Origin: the human T2T-CHM13v2.0 reference genome, Homo sapiens
DNA length: 64,000 nucleotides
NCBI RefSeq assembly: GCF_009914755.1
Contig: NC_060929.1
Reading direction: 5' to 3' (one strand)
Below are positions 39,105 to 53,319 of the stretch, piece after piece. The translations under genes and the position numbers were made by a program. The notes under the pieces were generated by a model. That model had not been told where the DNA came from. It made no database searches and worked only from the letters and a program-made list of their open reading frames with translations. Position 1 is the stretch's first letter; every line of letters starts with the position of its first letter.

Positions 39105-39265
39105 TTATGGAGTGGGTGTCAGGATCTCTAAATTCTACTCACCCATTAGTTGTGTGACCTTGAACAAGTCACTTAATCTTTTTGACCTCAGCTTCATTAC
39201 ATACATAGCAAGGACAACAATTATCTCATTGGGCTTCTTTGCTTGTAAAGCTCTATAATTTTATT
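39105..39265 (+). mobile_element. MIR SINE
   Basis: tgtgtgaccttgaacaagtcacttaatctttttgacctcagctt core. Confidence 0.75.
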
Positions 39266-40874
39266 CTACAATTATCTTTGGGATGGATTTAGCATGAGGG
39301 AGGAAAGCTTCATTGCAACAGTTATGCAAATTATCTCATATGAATTATGGAGTTAATTTAATAAGCCTCTTACTTTTTGTCATAATTTTCAGAAAAATAA
39401 ATATTCATTTAAGACATGTACTAAAAATTACATTTAGCACAAAAGTTGCAAAATATTTCCTCTTATAACCAGCGTTTCTGGCAGCTGTTTATCAATCATG
39501 TTTCAAACACATTATAACTATGACTCAGAAAGCTCCACCTTACTGGTACTAATAGCTGAAGAAAATTAGTTACAGAACCTATAACACTATAAACTTTTAT
39601 TTTCTTAAGTTTTCATTATGTAATTTATTGATAATAATTTATCAAATATAGATATTAAATAGATTTCTGAGGAAAAACATTTTTGTCATATAAATAATTT
39701 TGTATAACATAGGAAAAAAAGAGAGTCAAAATATCTGGGATCTTGCCCTTATTTTGCTGCTCTTGACTTTCTGGGTGGCCTTAAAGCAAACTGATCAAGT
39801 TACTATTTTGTAAAACTTGCCAAATATTGTCAGAGCTTTGGAGGAGGTAATGAAACCATAAATGTAAAATGCTCTACAAATAGAAAGGTCAAAGACCAGC
39901 ATATGTGAAACACATTTTCATTCTTAATGAGCAGTCAGATGCTTAGTAGGGAATGCCAAAACAACTTCTTTTCAAGAGCCAATTCATTTTGTAGAAATTC
40001 ATGGAGAAGTAGCAGTATTTATTGAATATGATTCTTGCATCATCATTTAAAATACATGTATCTATAAACAACAGAGCAATAATGTTCAGAGTAATATTAA
40101 TATCTATAGCTAAAAATAAAAGGTTATTAATGTTGTATTAGAAAAATTGGAGACTGAGGGATTAGATAAACTAGGTTCAAATTACAAAGTTACTACTTAT
40201 TAACTCTGTGGGTCAAGCTTTTCTGCTCTTCTAACCCAATTGACAGTGTAGTGGAGTTGTTTGAAAGTCGTTTTTTAAGAGGAAACATAGCTTTGCCAGC
40301 AGCTAAGTTCAGGGCAGACGGAGAAGGAGTTCTCTTCAGGCACAAGTCATCATTAGCCTCTGAACCTTCTCAAAAAGATCTTCACTCTTCTCCCACTGTG
40401 ATTGTAGTACAGTTACATCTGTGAGTCTCTTCTCAACTGGCAATGTGTAACATTGGCAAATGAGGCATTTAAGAGGGTAAAAACTCATGGATAGTATAGT
40501 TCAAGAGTTACCTAAAAATCCAGTTGAATGGATTTCACATATTCTAAAATATTACTCTAGATGAAATTATTGTATTCTACAGCCCTTCATTCTTTCAACA
40601 CTTCCTTCAAAATGTTTGCATTTGTATATGAATAGCAGTTGTATGGAAATTATCCATCTTATACTGATGCTATTGTTACGAACAAACAAAACAAAGGCTT
40701 AACAAAAGGCATATTAAACTGATGCTTAAATTATTTGTTGAATGTGTTATCTAATGTTACAAAGATTTTAATGAAGATCTTAGTGAGAAAATTCCTATTG
40801 ACTTCTAGTCCTATGATCAGTTAAATTTTCTCAATCAATATTCCTTATTTTCAGATAGTAAATAGCAATGGGTG

Positions 40875-41495
40875 TGCTATAATTTAAATGTGTCCCCCAG
40901 AAAGCATGTGTTGGAAACTTAATCACCCATTCAACAGTGTTTAGTGGGGCCTAAGAAGAGGATGAGAGAATGAATGAATGTCATTACTGCAGAAGTGAGT
41001 TTATTATTGTGGTAATGGGTTTGTTATACAAGTGGGAGTTTGGCCACATTTTAATCTTTTTTTCGTGCTTCTTTTTGCCTTTTTACCAAGAAGACCCTCA
41101 CCAGATTCTGGTCTGTCAATCTTGGACTCTTCAGCTTTCAAACTGTCAGCTAATTAGTTTCTATTCATTATAAATTACCCAGTCTGTGCTATATTGTTAT
41201 AGAACAAAATAGACTAATACAGAAAACCAGTACCAGAGAAATGGGGTGATGCTATAACAAACATTGGAAAATATGGAAGCATCCTGAGAACTTTAATGGC
41301 TAGAGGCTGGAAGACTTTGGAGGAGAAGCAGGCTAGAAAAAGCCTGTTTTGCCATTAATGGAGTATTAAGGGTGATTCTGGTAAGGACTCCAAACAAGAG
41401 GAATGCTACAGGGAATGTCTGAAACTTCTTGGAGATTACTTAAGTGATCATGATCAGAATGTTGGTATGAACACAAAAACAGTAAAGGCCATTTT
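40875..41495 (+). mobile_element. MST (MSTD-like) MaLR 5' LTR (40875-41221) plus start of the internal region
   Basis: tgctataatttaaatgtgtccccc start; ataaattacccagtc...actaataca end; followed by gaaaaccagtaccagagaaatgggg internal sequence. Confidence 0.8.
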
Positions 41496-41682
41496 CTACA
41501 TGTTCTCAGCATGCACATAAAAAGAGTAACTATGTAAGTTGAGGAATATGTTAATTACCTAGATTCTAGTAATCATTTTGCAAAGCATACATATATTGAA
41601 TCATCATATTATACAACAATGTATACAATTCGTATTGCATACATATTGTATACATTTATTGAGATGTATCTCAATACATCTG
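41496..41682 (+). mobile_element. L1MA/MB 3' terminal fragment
   Basis: gtaactatgtaagttgaggaatatgttaatta...atcatcatattatac. Confidence 0.6.
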
Positions 41683-41739
41683 AACCCAAAGAAGAAGATA
41701 AGTTACAAGCCTGGGACATTCCACCTGATTCTCCAGATT

Positions 41740-41952
41740 AGGTATTAGATTTGCCACAAAAAGTACAGACGCTCAGTTAAATTTGAATTGCAGAGACACA
41801 ACCACAGCTTTTGGTTTTTGTTTTTTGTTTTTTAGTAAAGTAAGTCCCAAATATTGGATAGGACATGCTTGTATACTTACACACAAACTTCATTGTTTGT
41901 CTCCAACAAAAATTTAACTAGGCATCTGTATTTTGCTACATCTGGCAACCCT
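41740..41952. mobile_element. MER53-like hAT MITE
   Basis: cagttaaatttgaatt, gtcccaaatattg, atctggcaaccct terminus. Confidence 0.7.
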
Positions 41953-43299
41953 ACCAAATCCTTCCTTCCAATATTAGCCAACACTCCCCTACCCAATAAT
42001 AGATGAGGTTTCCAAGGAAGGTTTTGTGGCTTTACCTCACACAGCAGGAGGCATTTAAGTTATATAACATCTCTATTTCATACCCGCAGAGTTGTATAAC
42101 ATTCTCCAGGGAGCCATGCCTCGTAAATCCGGTGATTGTAATTTTATTTACTATAAGTAATCCTTTAGCCAGGGGCATCCTGCTAAGGGGCTATATAGAT
42201 AAGTTCTCTTCCTCCTAGCAAATATCATCAGCCTATTTACCCAGAGGTCCAGTTGACAAGGAGATAAGGCCAGGTCACCTGCCCTATTTTCTTTCTCCTG
42301 GGGTTGGACTCTGGTTAAAGAATGAATGGATCACAGGCTAGATACTTTAACTATTTCCTTGCAACTACAGTCATGTCTTTAATATCTAAGGAAAAACATA
42401 CTTTCATTTATACCAGAAATAAACTCAAAAGCTGATAAAAAATTTAAATGTCCCGGGTGTATTTTAGACTTAATGTCCTGCAATGTGGGAAAAGTTGTTT
42501 TTCTAATTATCACAAGTTCTATCCTTAATAAATATTCTGATGTAGTCCATATATTAAGTTTTGAGTACTAAGGGAAGAAGTTCAAGTTGCTATTTGAGAA
42601 GAAACATTTAACAGCAGTCTCTTAGTTCCATCAAATAGAAATATCATTTTTCTAAAATTGTGTTTAATCAAATATATGACATCTAGTAAGTATCTTAGAA
42701 GGGGTATGACAGAAATAAAAAGGAACAATCTGATGACTAGCAGGCCATGGAGACCAAGGTATTATTCTCAAACCACTGAACACAGACGTAATATTTTCTA
42801 AAGGTTCTGACAGTAAAAATTTGAGATTTAACTTGGGCTACATAATTTTTGTCTACAAGAATAAAATAAAGGGCTCCATCATATGCACAATTAGAAAGAT
42901 AATTTAATCAGTGCTTTTACGTCTTTTTTAAAGATACACAATTTCATGACTTACATTAGACTCCCTAAATTTGTTTTCAAAAAGTTTCTTTTGATTTTCC
43001 TTTTTTCATGTTCAATGAGCAGTGGAAAGGAATGTTGACAGTAGAATTCCCAAGTCACTTTAAATGGCTAGTAAACCATTTAAAAGTTAGGAGATAATAT
43101 ATCTTGTTTTTCTGAAAAAGCATAATTTTGGCCTTTAAAATTGTTAGTGTGAATATCAAGATAATTAAAACCTCCTGTATTCTAGGGTAAACATATAAAA
43201 ACACAATTTATTACATTTTTCTCAGCTATTTTACTTATGTATCCTCAATCCATGGTTTTCTAGGTAAAACAGATTTCAGTAGCTAAGCCAGGATTTTGA

Positions 43300-43663
<364 letters not shown>

Positions 43664-44289
43664 CTCCCTTATTCTTATAGAAGTTTTACATTTTCTATAT
43701 TAAAATAAAAATAATAAACACTATTTTAAAATCTTAACTTAGCACATAGAGCACACTGTGCTGCATATTATAGTTTCTTTTCATACATTATTTAATATAT
43801 CAAGTGGTTTTGTTTTTCTGTTTTAGCATAAACTGGTGAAATAAATATTTACATACTTCTGCTGGTTTTGAATGTGTGTTCTCATAGTTAGACACACATT
43901 AATCTTACATGTCTTTGTGCAGGTAGAAAATATTTTCTGATATCACAAATGAAGACATTGAGGATTAGAGTGATTATTACTCCAGGGTAACACCCCCAAA
44001 ATCAGAAGACCCAGGACTATATTTTAACACCCAGACCACGTTTTCCAGTGTTCTTTTCACTTTTCATATACAACTGCATCTCCTGTAACAGCCAATACAG
44101 ATTTGTTAACAGTCAAAGACTCAAAACAAGTGATAGTCCTTTCTTTTTAATAACCGTATCTTGAAGAAAGTTCTATTTGAAGGAATTCACTTGAACCTAT
44201 ATATCTCTCGATTTCTTTCTTTATACCTTTCCCAGTTAAGAAAAAAAAAATCAAGGAATTGAATGCACTCAGTATCTTTGTATTCTTCC

Positions 44290-45020
44290 CTCCTACCCAC
44301 TCTTATCAACTACCACCCTAACCAATTCACTAAAATGAATATTAGGAATTTCACCCATGACTTTCACATTGCCAAAAACAGTGGACACTTCTCTGTCATA
44401 GCAATCATTGTCACATCATATGAAAAACCACCCTCAGCTATATTCAGTAACATGGCTTTTCTTATTTTTATGGTAATTCGCTGCCTAAATGTTTTCCCCT
44501 TTGCTCTCCTCCGACTCTCCTGAGTGCACCTCACTGTCCATTCCATCTCCTTAGGGTGAGCATATACAGTCATTTGACTTTAAAGACTATACATAGGCTA
44601 GTTTTTCTCCATCCCAGAATTCCTCCTTCACCTACAGACATAAATCCAAATGTCTAATCAGCATTTCCATTTCTATATACAATATCAAAAGTACTATAAC
44701 TTAAACCAAATGATTGAGTCTCAATTCAAACTTCCACTAATTTTCTCAATATAATCATAATTACCAGCTACACACAGAAGATCTGGATTCTGCTTAACTC
44801 CACATCTTTAGCAGTCTCTGACACTTTAGGCTTCCTCTGTCCTGGTCTTTTTTGTTATTGTTTCTTGAATATTTTATGTTCTTGCTCATATTATTATTTT
44901 TTCTTTGCATTATTTATACCTTCTTATCTTCAGAGTTCAGCTTCAATGGCAAAGAGCCTTTACTTAAACATGTCTCTCCCAATCTATATTCTTTCATCAT
45001 ACACTATGTAATTTTTGTCT
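44290..45020 (+). mobile_element. L2 LINE degraded fragments (3' end probably resumes at ~46095-46220)
   Basis: cacccatgactttcacattgccaaa...cacttctctgtc; 3' tgaatgaat motif at ~46207. Confidence 0.55.
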
Positions 45021-45072
45021 AGTACATATGGCTCATATGGCTACTAAATTGGAAAGGGTTAAGAGTCTGAGG

Positions 45073-45376
45073 TTTTTTATTTTTATTTTTTTTGAGGGGG
45101 AGTCTCATTCTATCACCCAGGCTGGGGTGCTGTGGTGCTATCTCAGCTCACCTCCACCTCATGGGTTGCAGCGATTCTCCTGCCTCAGCCTCCCAAGTAG
45201 CTGGGATTACAGGTGTGCGACACCATGCCTGGCTAATTTTTGTATTTTTAGTAGAGACGGGGTTACTCCATCTTGGCCAGGCTGGCCTCGAACTCTTGAC
45301 CTCAGGTAATTCTCCTGAGTGCTCCAGAGTAATCCCAGGGTGCTGGGATTACAGGTGTGAGCTACTGTGCCCAGCC
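45073..45376 (-). mobile_element. AluS (Sx-like) with a locally rewritten left monomer
   Basis: Dimer; TSD gtctgag(g/a)tttt (45065-45076 / 45380-45391). Confidence 0.88.
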
Positions 45377-45438
45377 TGGGTCTGAGATTTTACCCTACTT
45401 TTGAGCTATTAGCCTGCCAGAATGTTACAGATACATAA

Positions 45439-45462
45439 ACACACACACACACACACACACAC
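45439..45462. repeat. (CA)n microsatellite
   Basis: Read directly from the sequence. Confidence 0.95.
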
Positions 45463-45499
45463 TCCCAAACACACAGACTAATACATACATATATAAAAG

Positions 45500-46023
45500 A
45501 ACAAAAGATTTTGATTTCTGAGTCAAAAACAGACCACAGCAAAAGAACAAAAACAGTAGCCAGAGCAGCTTCTTGTGTAAGTTCCCCATACCCCACATCC
45601 CACAGAGGAACATGATGAGGACCAGATGTTTACCTGCACATGCAGTGGGTTGCACCACAGGAGAGGAAGCCTGAAATTAGGAGCCTCTTAGAGTTTATGA
45701 GACTGCTGGCAAATCCACCTACCCTCCTCTGTAGAGAGCGAGATTACTTATTTTTCTGGAATATAAAAAAAAAAAATCCTCCTGGAGGAACAGAGAAAAC
45801 TCCATAGGTTTATTATCCTGGAACGTAAGCATATGTCTCTGGGAAAGGAACAGAGAGGGTTTTACCTTTACTACCTTGGACATCTACAAAATATATCTCT
45901 AAATTTGTCCAGAGGGAAACACTCTCTCTAGCTCTAAGGCTCTTTGCTATTGAAACATGGATTTTGCTTAGAAGGGCCAGCCTGTGCAGAAACCTGAGGA
46001 ATCCATGGAAAATTTCATACAAT
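45500..46023 (-). mobile_element. ERVL LTR, MER76/MER77-like
   Basis: Reverse strand begins ...ttttccatggattcctcaggtttctgcaca...agtgtttccctctgga; family assigned from recall. Confidence 0.55.
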
Positions 46024-46960
46024 GATAATTTATAAATATCTACTTCGTGTATTTGCTTATTTTCTTTTTCTCTTTAGAAATTTTTACTACATGAGTGCAC
46101 AAATTCTATGGTTGTTGATCACTGTTATATTCCTAGTGCTTGAAATATTCCTTGGCTCACAATAGGTCAGCAATACATACATACATACATATATACATAT
46201 AATCACTGAATGAATTAGCAAATAAATACATGAGTCAATAGATGAAAAACTAATTGATTCATTAACTCTTAAAATGCTGGATAATTTTGTTTTTAATTGT
46301 TGTTGATGTTCTAATCACAGCTTTCCCTTGTGTATATATTCTTAAAGGTTTTAGTGATCTGTTTGTATTGATTGAGTCATTCTCAGAAACTTAGGAATGT
46401 GTAACTCTACATAAAGAATTCAAGATATTGCTTGAACTTTTTATTTTTTAAAAAGAGTTGTGTAAATTCTGAAAATATTTAGGGCAAAAATATATGAGAA
46501 ATTGCAAAGCACAGATTTTCCTAGTAGTTCAAGTATTTTAAGAAATTCTAAAAGACGTAAAACAGCCTTACTGGTGGAGAGATTGTAGTCAGGAGGAGAT
46601 TGGGGTCATTCTAAGAAGGAAGACAAGATAATTTGGCTGTGGCAAATAGGACATATAACTATTTCCTTCATAGTGCAGTACTAGGATGGTGATAATTACA
46701 TTACTTTTACATTAAAAAGAAAAAAATTCAAAATTTGCCACTAACTACTCCCTGGAATCGAGGAAGAAATGCAGTGAAATTTTCAAATGTAGGTACTTTG
46801 GGAAAAGAAAACAAATTTCAGTTCAAAATCTTACCCATAAGAATCATTGGATTTAACTGAAGTGAAGAAAAACATGAAAATTAGAAAACTGTGATAGCAT
46901 ATTAATGCCATATAATCATACATTTTTTTGTAGGTATAAGTTTTATGATATTTGCATTAG

Positions 46961-47654
46961 TTTTTTTTATTATTATTATACTTTAAGTTTTAGGGTACAT
47001 GTGCATAATGTGCAGGTTAGTTACATAGTTATATATGTGCCATGCTGGTGTGCTGCACCCATTAACTCGTCATTTAGCATTAGGTATATCTCCTAATGCT
47101 ATCCCTCCCCCCTCCCCCCACCCCACAACAGTCCCCAGAGTGTGATGTTCCCCTTCCTGTGTCCATGTGTTCTCATTGTTCAATTCCCACCTATGAGTGA
47201 GAATATGCAGTGTTTGGTTTTTTGTTCTTGCGATAGTTTACTGAGAATGATGATTTCCAATTTCATCCATGTCCCTACAAAGGACATGAACTCGTCATTT
47301 TTTATGGCTGCATAGTATTCCATGGTGTATATGTGCCACATTTTCTTAATCCAGTCTATCATTGTTGGACATTTGGGTTGGTTCCAAGTCTTTGCTATTG
47401 TGAATAGTGCCACAATAAACACACGTGTGCATGTGTCTTTATAGCAGCATGATTTATAGTCCTTTGGGTATATACCCAGTAATGGGATGGCTGGGTCAAA
47501 TGGTATTTCTAGTTCTAGATCCCTGAGGAATCGCCACACTGACTTCCACAATGGTTGAACTAGTTTACAGTCCCACCAACAGTGTAAAAGTGTTCCTATT
47601 TCTCCACATCCTCTCCAGCACCTGTTGTTTCCTGACTTTTTAATGATTGCCATT
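46961..47654 (-). mobile_element. 5'-truncated young L1PA2/3 3' end (~0.7 kb)
   Basis: Near-consensus 3'UTR; intact ORF2p C-terminus ([18 protein letters not shown]...FSLIGGN*); TSD catta(g/a)ttt. Confidence 0.95.
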
Positions 47655-47659
47655 AATTT

Positions 47660-47815
47660 AAATCCAAATTCCTGACTCTGCTTCATATAGACTATATGAT
47701 ACAGGGAAAGTTACCAAACTCCTCTTGCCTCATGTTTCTCATTGAGCAAAAGAAGGATTTTTTTAAATGAAATAATACTTAACCATCTAATAAGATATTT
47801 GTTAGCATTAAATTA
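47660..47815 (+). mobile_element. MIR SINE
   Basis: aaagttaccaaactcctcttgcctcatgtttctcatt core. Confidence 0.6.
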
Positions 47816-48592
47816 GCCAATAGGTACAATATGGTTGGAATAGCATGTAGAAATATACATGTTCCAAATGATAAATATAGTTTCTATAGTGAAAATGCCA
47901 AATAGTGGAAATGTAAAACCGGGCTGATAAAGATAGGTCCCTTTTCCAATTCGAAGACATAAATACTGAGGAGATAAAAAGAGAAAGAAAAAGAGAAAAT
48001 ACAGACAAAGAGAACAAATCTTAAAAAGATGGAAGGAAAAATAATCCCTGGACTCTAGAAAAAAAGAAGTTTCTGAAACCAGACAAGTACCAAAAAAATT
48101 AAAACTGTATCCAAGAATGTCATAGTCCAGGGCACACTGGGCTTGAACAGCGGGAAAAGGCAATAGAAAAGTGTAAGTTGAACAATACTATTATTATGAG
48201 AAGTATCAACAAATTTAAAAGAAATTTAGTTACTATGCTAAGAACTGAAAAAATACATTTGAAAACGTATATTTTAATTATTTAAGGCATAACATTAGAA
48301 AGATGAATCATATCGCGGCAACACAGCAAAATTTCCTCATCACATCATCAAATGGATTTAAAAAGTTACTACAGTATTTCCTGGAATTGCTTTGATGTCA
48401 AGACTCTTACAATATTGAGTCTTCAGATTCATGAAAATGTTACATATCTTCATTTTAAGTTGACTTTTATATAGCATTTTAATAACAAATCAAAATTATG
48501 TGTCCTAGGTACATTATTTTCTTCATTGCCAATACAAATGGGAATTTTTAAATCACCCTTTTCAATTGTCTGTTCATTTTAAATTAGATCTG

Positions 48593-48997
48593 TGTATTAG
48601 TTTGCTAGGGCTGCCATAAGTATCATGAACTAGGCGGCTTATACAACATAAACTTATTTTCTCGCAGTTCTGGGGCTTAGAAGTCTGAGATCAAGGTGTT
48701 GGTAAAGTTGATTTTTTGTAAGATCTGTTTCCTTGGCTTGTAGATGCCATCTTCCTCTGGCTTCTTAATCTGGTCTTCTCCTCTGTGTCTGTCTGTCTGT
48801 GTCCTAATCTCCTTTTGTAATCTTTTCACTCATATTAAACTACAGCTCACCCTCATGAACTCATTTTACTTTAATTACTATTTTAAAGGACTTATCTCCA
48901 AATACGCTTACATTCTGAGGTACTTGGAGTTAGGACTTTAACATATGGATTGGTGGGGTCGGCGGGGGGGTTGTGGGTCACAATTCAGCTTATAAAA
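48593..48997 (-). mobile_element. MLT1A/B solo LTR (MaLR)
   Basis: tgtattagtttgctagggctgccataa...cacaattcagc; perfect 5-bp TSD atctg. Confidence 0.88.
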
Positions 48998-49761
48998 ATC
49001 TGTATGAAAGGTTTATAAATAATTGAATTGCTGAATTCAATAGAGGTCAATGTTGACAGCATGTCCGCTGATCGGCTTTAGTTTTCTATGTATAGCAGAA
49101 TTTGCATATTTGTATTCTGCCACATATTGGTATGCCACAAGTAGATTATAGATTTTTTAATACATTGATCTTTAATTAATATTAAATTGCATGAATTACT
49201 ATAGATCTATAATAAGTTCACCATCTGGTAGTACACAAGGCATCCAGATACATTATTTTCAAGACTGTCTCAGTTTCTCTTGGCCCTTTTCATTTTTCTG
49301 TAAACTTTAGAATTTGCTTTGTATACTGCACATAAACTACTGAACTTTTGATTAAAATTTCATTGAATCCATGGACTGATTAAGAAAGCAATTACATCTT
49401 TACTATGTTGGGTAATCTATCCCATGAATGCTATGTATTTTTTATTTATTAAAATATTATTTAATTTATTGAGCATTACATAATTTTTAGTGTATATACC
49501 TTGCATACATCTCCTTAGATTTATTCCAGGATATTAATGTTTTCATGCTATTATAAATGGTAATTTAAAAATTTTATTTTCTAGTTGTTTGCTTCTGGTG
49601 TACAGAAATAAAAGTGATTTGGTTTTTATTTGTTTATTTACTAATGTTTTATGCAGCTATTCTATTAAATTTATTAATTTATTATAATATTTGTAGATTA
49701 TTTGGGATTTCTACATATGCATTCATGTCATTTAGGAATGATTATTTATTTGGAAACATCA

Positions 49762-49816
49762 TACACACACACACACACATACACACACACACACATATAT
49801 ATACACACACACACAC
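49762..49816. repeat. Compound (CA)n/(TA)n microsatellite
   Basis: Read directly from the sequence. Confidence 0.95.
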
Positions 49817-50584
49817 ATTTTTTTCCTTGCCTTATTGTACTGGCACTGACATCCAGCACAATGTTGAAGAGAAGTAGCCATTATTGTTATCCTCTAACTA
49901 TTTCCAATTTTAGGAGCCAAACTTAATAATCCACTATTTAGCCTGGTGTTTACTCCAGAATTTTGAGCTATTTCTCATACATTTAAGGAAGAGCCTTTCT
50001 GTCCTAGATTTTTAAGAGGCTTTAATCATGTGCGGTTGCTAAATTATTTAAAATGATGTTTTCATATATACTGAGACGATGATGTGATCTTGATCCCTCT
50101 CTCTTTTTCTCTCTCTCCCCCTCCTCTTGCTACTGTGATGAAATACACTGACTATGAAATACAAAACATTCTAGCTTTTCTGGAATAATCACCACTTGAC
50201 CATAATGTACTGCCTTTTTCATATGTCACTGGACTTTATTTGATGGTATTGTACCTATGTACATGAAAGAAAGTGAACTGTTACTTTTGTGAGTTTTTTT
50301 TAAATAAATATACTATCATGGTTATTCTGACCTCAAAAAGCAAGTTGGAAAATGTTTGAATTTTATATATTTGAAAGAGTTTAATATTGGTGTTATTTGT
50401 ATTGTATATTAGACAGCTTGCAGCAGGAATACCATTGGTATCTACAGCTTTCTTTACTGAAAATAGAATAGTAATAAATGTATGTCCTATAATAGGTATA
50501 GAACTATTCAGCTTCTCCATTTTTTTTCTTGTAACATCTTCAGTTTGTTGTATATTTATGAAATTTGTCAATTAATATAAAATG

Positions 50585-50856
50585 TGCCAGTCATAGTGGT
50601 TCACGCCTGTAATCCTTGCACTTTGGGAGGCCAAGGTGTGTGGATCACTTGAGGGCAGAAGTTCGAGACCAGCCTGGTAAACATGGTGAAATTCTCATCT
50701 CTACTAAAAGTACAAATTTAGCCAGGAATGGTGGCATGCAACTGTAGTCCCAGATACTTGGGAGGCTGAGGTTGCAGTGAGCAGAGATTGCACCACTGCA
50801 CTCCAGCCTGGGCTACAGAGTGAGACCCTGTGTCAAAAAATAAAAAAAAATAATAA
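50585..50856 (+). mobile_element. AluS/J with a ~30 bp right-monomer deletion between two ggaggc(t/g)gagg repeats
   Basis: ggaggctgag^gttgcagtgag; A tail; TSD taatataaaat. Confidence 0.88.
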
Positions 50857-50919
50857 TAATATAAAATATATTTCACATGGAATAGATAAATTTATATTTT
50901 ATATGCGTATATCTCCCTT

Positions 50920-52180
50920 TGTATGTTCATGCATTTACTAGCTCTGTCCATGGAGAGGTAATAGAAGCACTGCCCCACAAATAGAAATAAGCATACCAGA
51001 CACTCAGATCATTACTCTAACTTTTTTCATGAAAAGGAACAAAGTCTCCTTTCATAAACGGTTTCTTCTGAGCTTGGGCAAGAAAAATACCAGAATAAAA
51101 TGTATGCTTTTGTGACAGAAAGTAAGAAAATATTAAAGAAAAGACAGAATACATCAAAAGAATACATGGACAACCTTGATAGTATCATCCTCCACTGACA
51201 CTTTATGTTTAAGACTATTAATTATAATAAGTGATTATAACCTGTTGACTAAAATTAGAATCCATAAACCCATGCTGATATAAATAAATCAATATATAAA
51301 TAGAGGAGCAAAGAAAGTTTTTCTTGTGATATAATTCCATCTATTAAATGTAAAATGAATTATAGAATTAGAAAATCACCATTTAGCAACCGCCATAGTA
51401 ATAATAGTTACAGACAAGGATCATCAATGAATGATAAAAGTAGTGAGTGGAACTTACTAAATAAAAATGAAAAATTCTTAACTTTACATTGTAATATTCG
51501 GTAAACACCACCTTAGCCAAGTAATCCAAGTTAATATCACCAGTAATAGGTTCAACAAACATCATTTACCTCCCGATGTAATACACTGAGAATAAAATAT
51601 CACTTCTGTGAAAATGCATAACATGACTCTATTCAGAGATAATACTAGGCACACCCAATTTGAGGGACATTCTACAAAATAATTACCCTGTACTCCTCAA
51701 AAATATCAAGTTCAAGAAAAGCAAAAACAGATTGTGAAACACCTCCAGTTTAAAGGAAGCAGAGATGGGATAACTCAATATACCATGGATTGCTAGATCA
51801 GAAAAAATAAAAAATACTATTTTGATTGTTTGGGTATAGAGGTGGTTTTGGCACAAGTAATACATTTTTAATAAAACTGTTGCCTATCAGATATATTATT
51901 GTATAAATGTTAATATCCTTATTTTGATAATTTTTCTAAGGTTATTTAAAAAGTCTGTGTATTTAAGAAACACATTGAATTGTTTAGAGGCACATGGTAC
52001 TTCAACAAATTATTTTCAAAGGATTCAGAAATTAATATACATATAAAGCAAGAGAATGATATGAAATATCACTTGGTAAGATACTTGCATTTGAGTAATG
52101 TGGGTAAAAGGATTTATGGGAATTATTTTTATTATTTTTGCAACATTTTTATAATTAAAATTATTTCAAAACAGGTTTTA
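50920..52180 (+). mobile_element. L1MC4/5-like 3'UTR
   Basis: ctagctctgtcc, tagaaaatcaccatttagcaac, tgagggacattctacaaaata motifs. Confidence 0.7.
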
Positions 52181-53319
52181 CAATAATCCTGTTTTCACAC
52201 AATGCTATAGTTTATCCTTTTAAAGGCAAAAAAATTATTTTCACTTTCTCTGTGGTTATAGGAGTATATGAGGTTTGGTGAGGTTTGAGACCAACTTCCT
52301 GAAATGGGCATTTAAATCAGCATGTATTTCAAAATATTATGGATATTACATGTTTGCTATGTTTATCGTAAACTGACTGCAAGAATTCGGAGTATACAAT
52401 TTGTGGACTGTCAAAGACCTTATTTAGGCAGAAGCATCAAAAAAGCCTAGAGGCAAGAGAGAGCAAAAACATATATATGTTCCCCATTCTTTAAATTTAG
52501 CATTTGAAGTATTTTGGTTTGGAAAATAAAATGAGCAAGAGGTTTGGACTAACAATAGTAAAAGGCTTAAGGAGTCAGGGAAGTGATTGGAACCCTTCCA
52601 TGAAGATTAGAAGTTAAAACGATCAATTGAGATAATGAAATACAGTGTGTGTTCTTTGATGTGTGTAGAGAAAGAATTGTGTTCAGGCAAGTTTAAAGAA
52701 CCCATGAATTGTAAAAATCAATCAAAATGCCTATAGGACATGGAAAACAGCTATCAGTTGAAGCCAGCTTAGTACAGCTATTATTCAAAATAGAGCTATA
52801 TCTAGCAAATACCCACACATCTATTCAATTCAGTCCAAAAAAAAAAAAAGAAAATCAACCCAGTGTGAAAAAAAAAAAAGAAAAAAACAAGTTCTTGCTA
52901 TATTGTCATCTGGAAAAAAAAAAAAACAAATTGAGTGATGAATAATGTAAAACTATGCAGTCAAAAATCTCTTAGTGAGTGATTACTAATGCATGCTACC
53001 TGGTACTGAATTTGAAAGAACATTCTCTTGCTTTTATACAGTTGCTTTCTTGAGAAAGGAGGAATATTAATATTTACTAAACAGTGTGAAACCAAAAACT
53101 AGGGCAAAAGTATAGTCGTACTGCATAAAAGAGAACAACCATCAATGCCTAGAAAGTGATAGGAAAGTCCTCAGTGAGATAACAGTTTTGAGCTGGTTCT
53201 CAGATTTCACTCATTTACGAAACTAATTAGAAACCAACAGCACTTCCTGCTCTGTGCTCCAGCATCCCGAGCCAGCCTTTGAAGGCTGTTCATCATGCAG
53301 GCTGCTAAGGCTGTTAATG

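Larger units (their letters stand above)
48370..50575 (-). mobile_element. Highly degraded L1M(E) ORF2 fragments
   Basis: Antisense motifs such as cttacaatattgagtcttc and tccagcacaatgttgaagagaagt. Confidence 0.55.

Noticed and set aside
47180-47686. 168-aa ORF with an intact CCHC domain and a novel N-terminus
   Set aside because: It is the ORF2p C-terminus of a young truncated L1 with a chance in-frame ATG in the flank; no promoter evidence.
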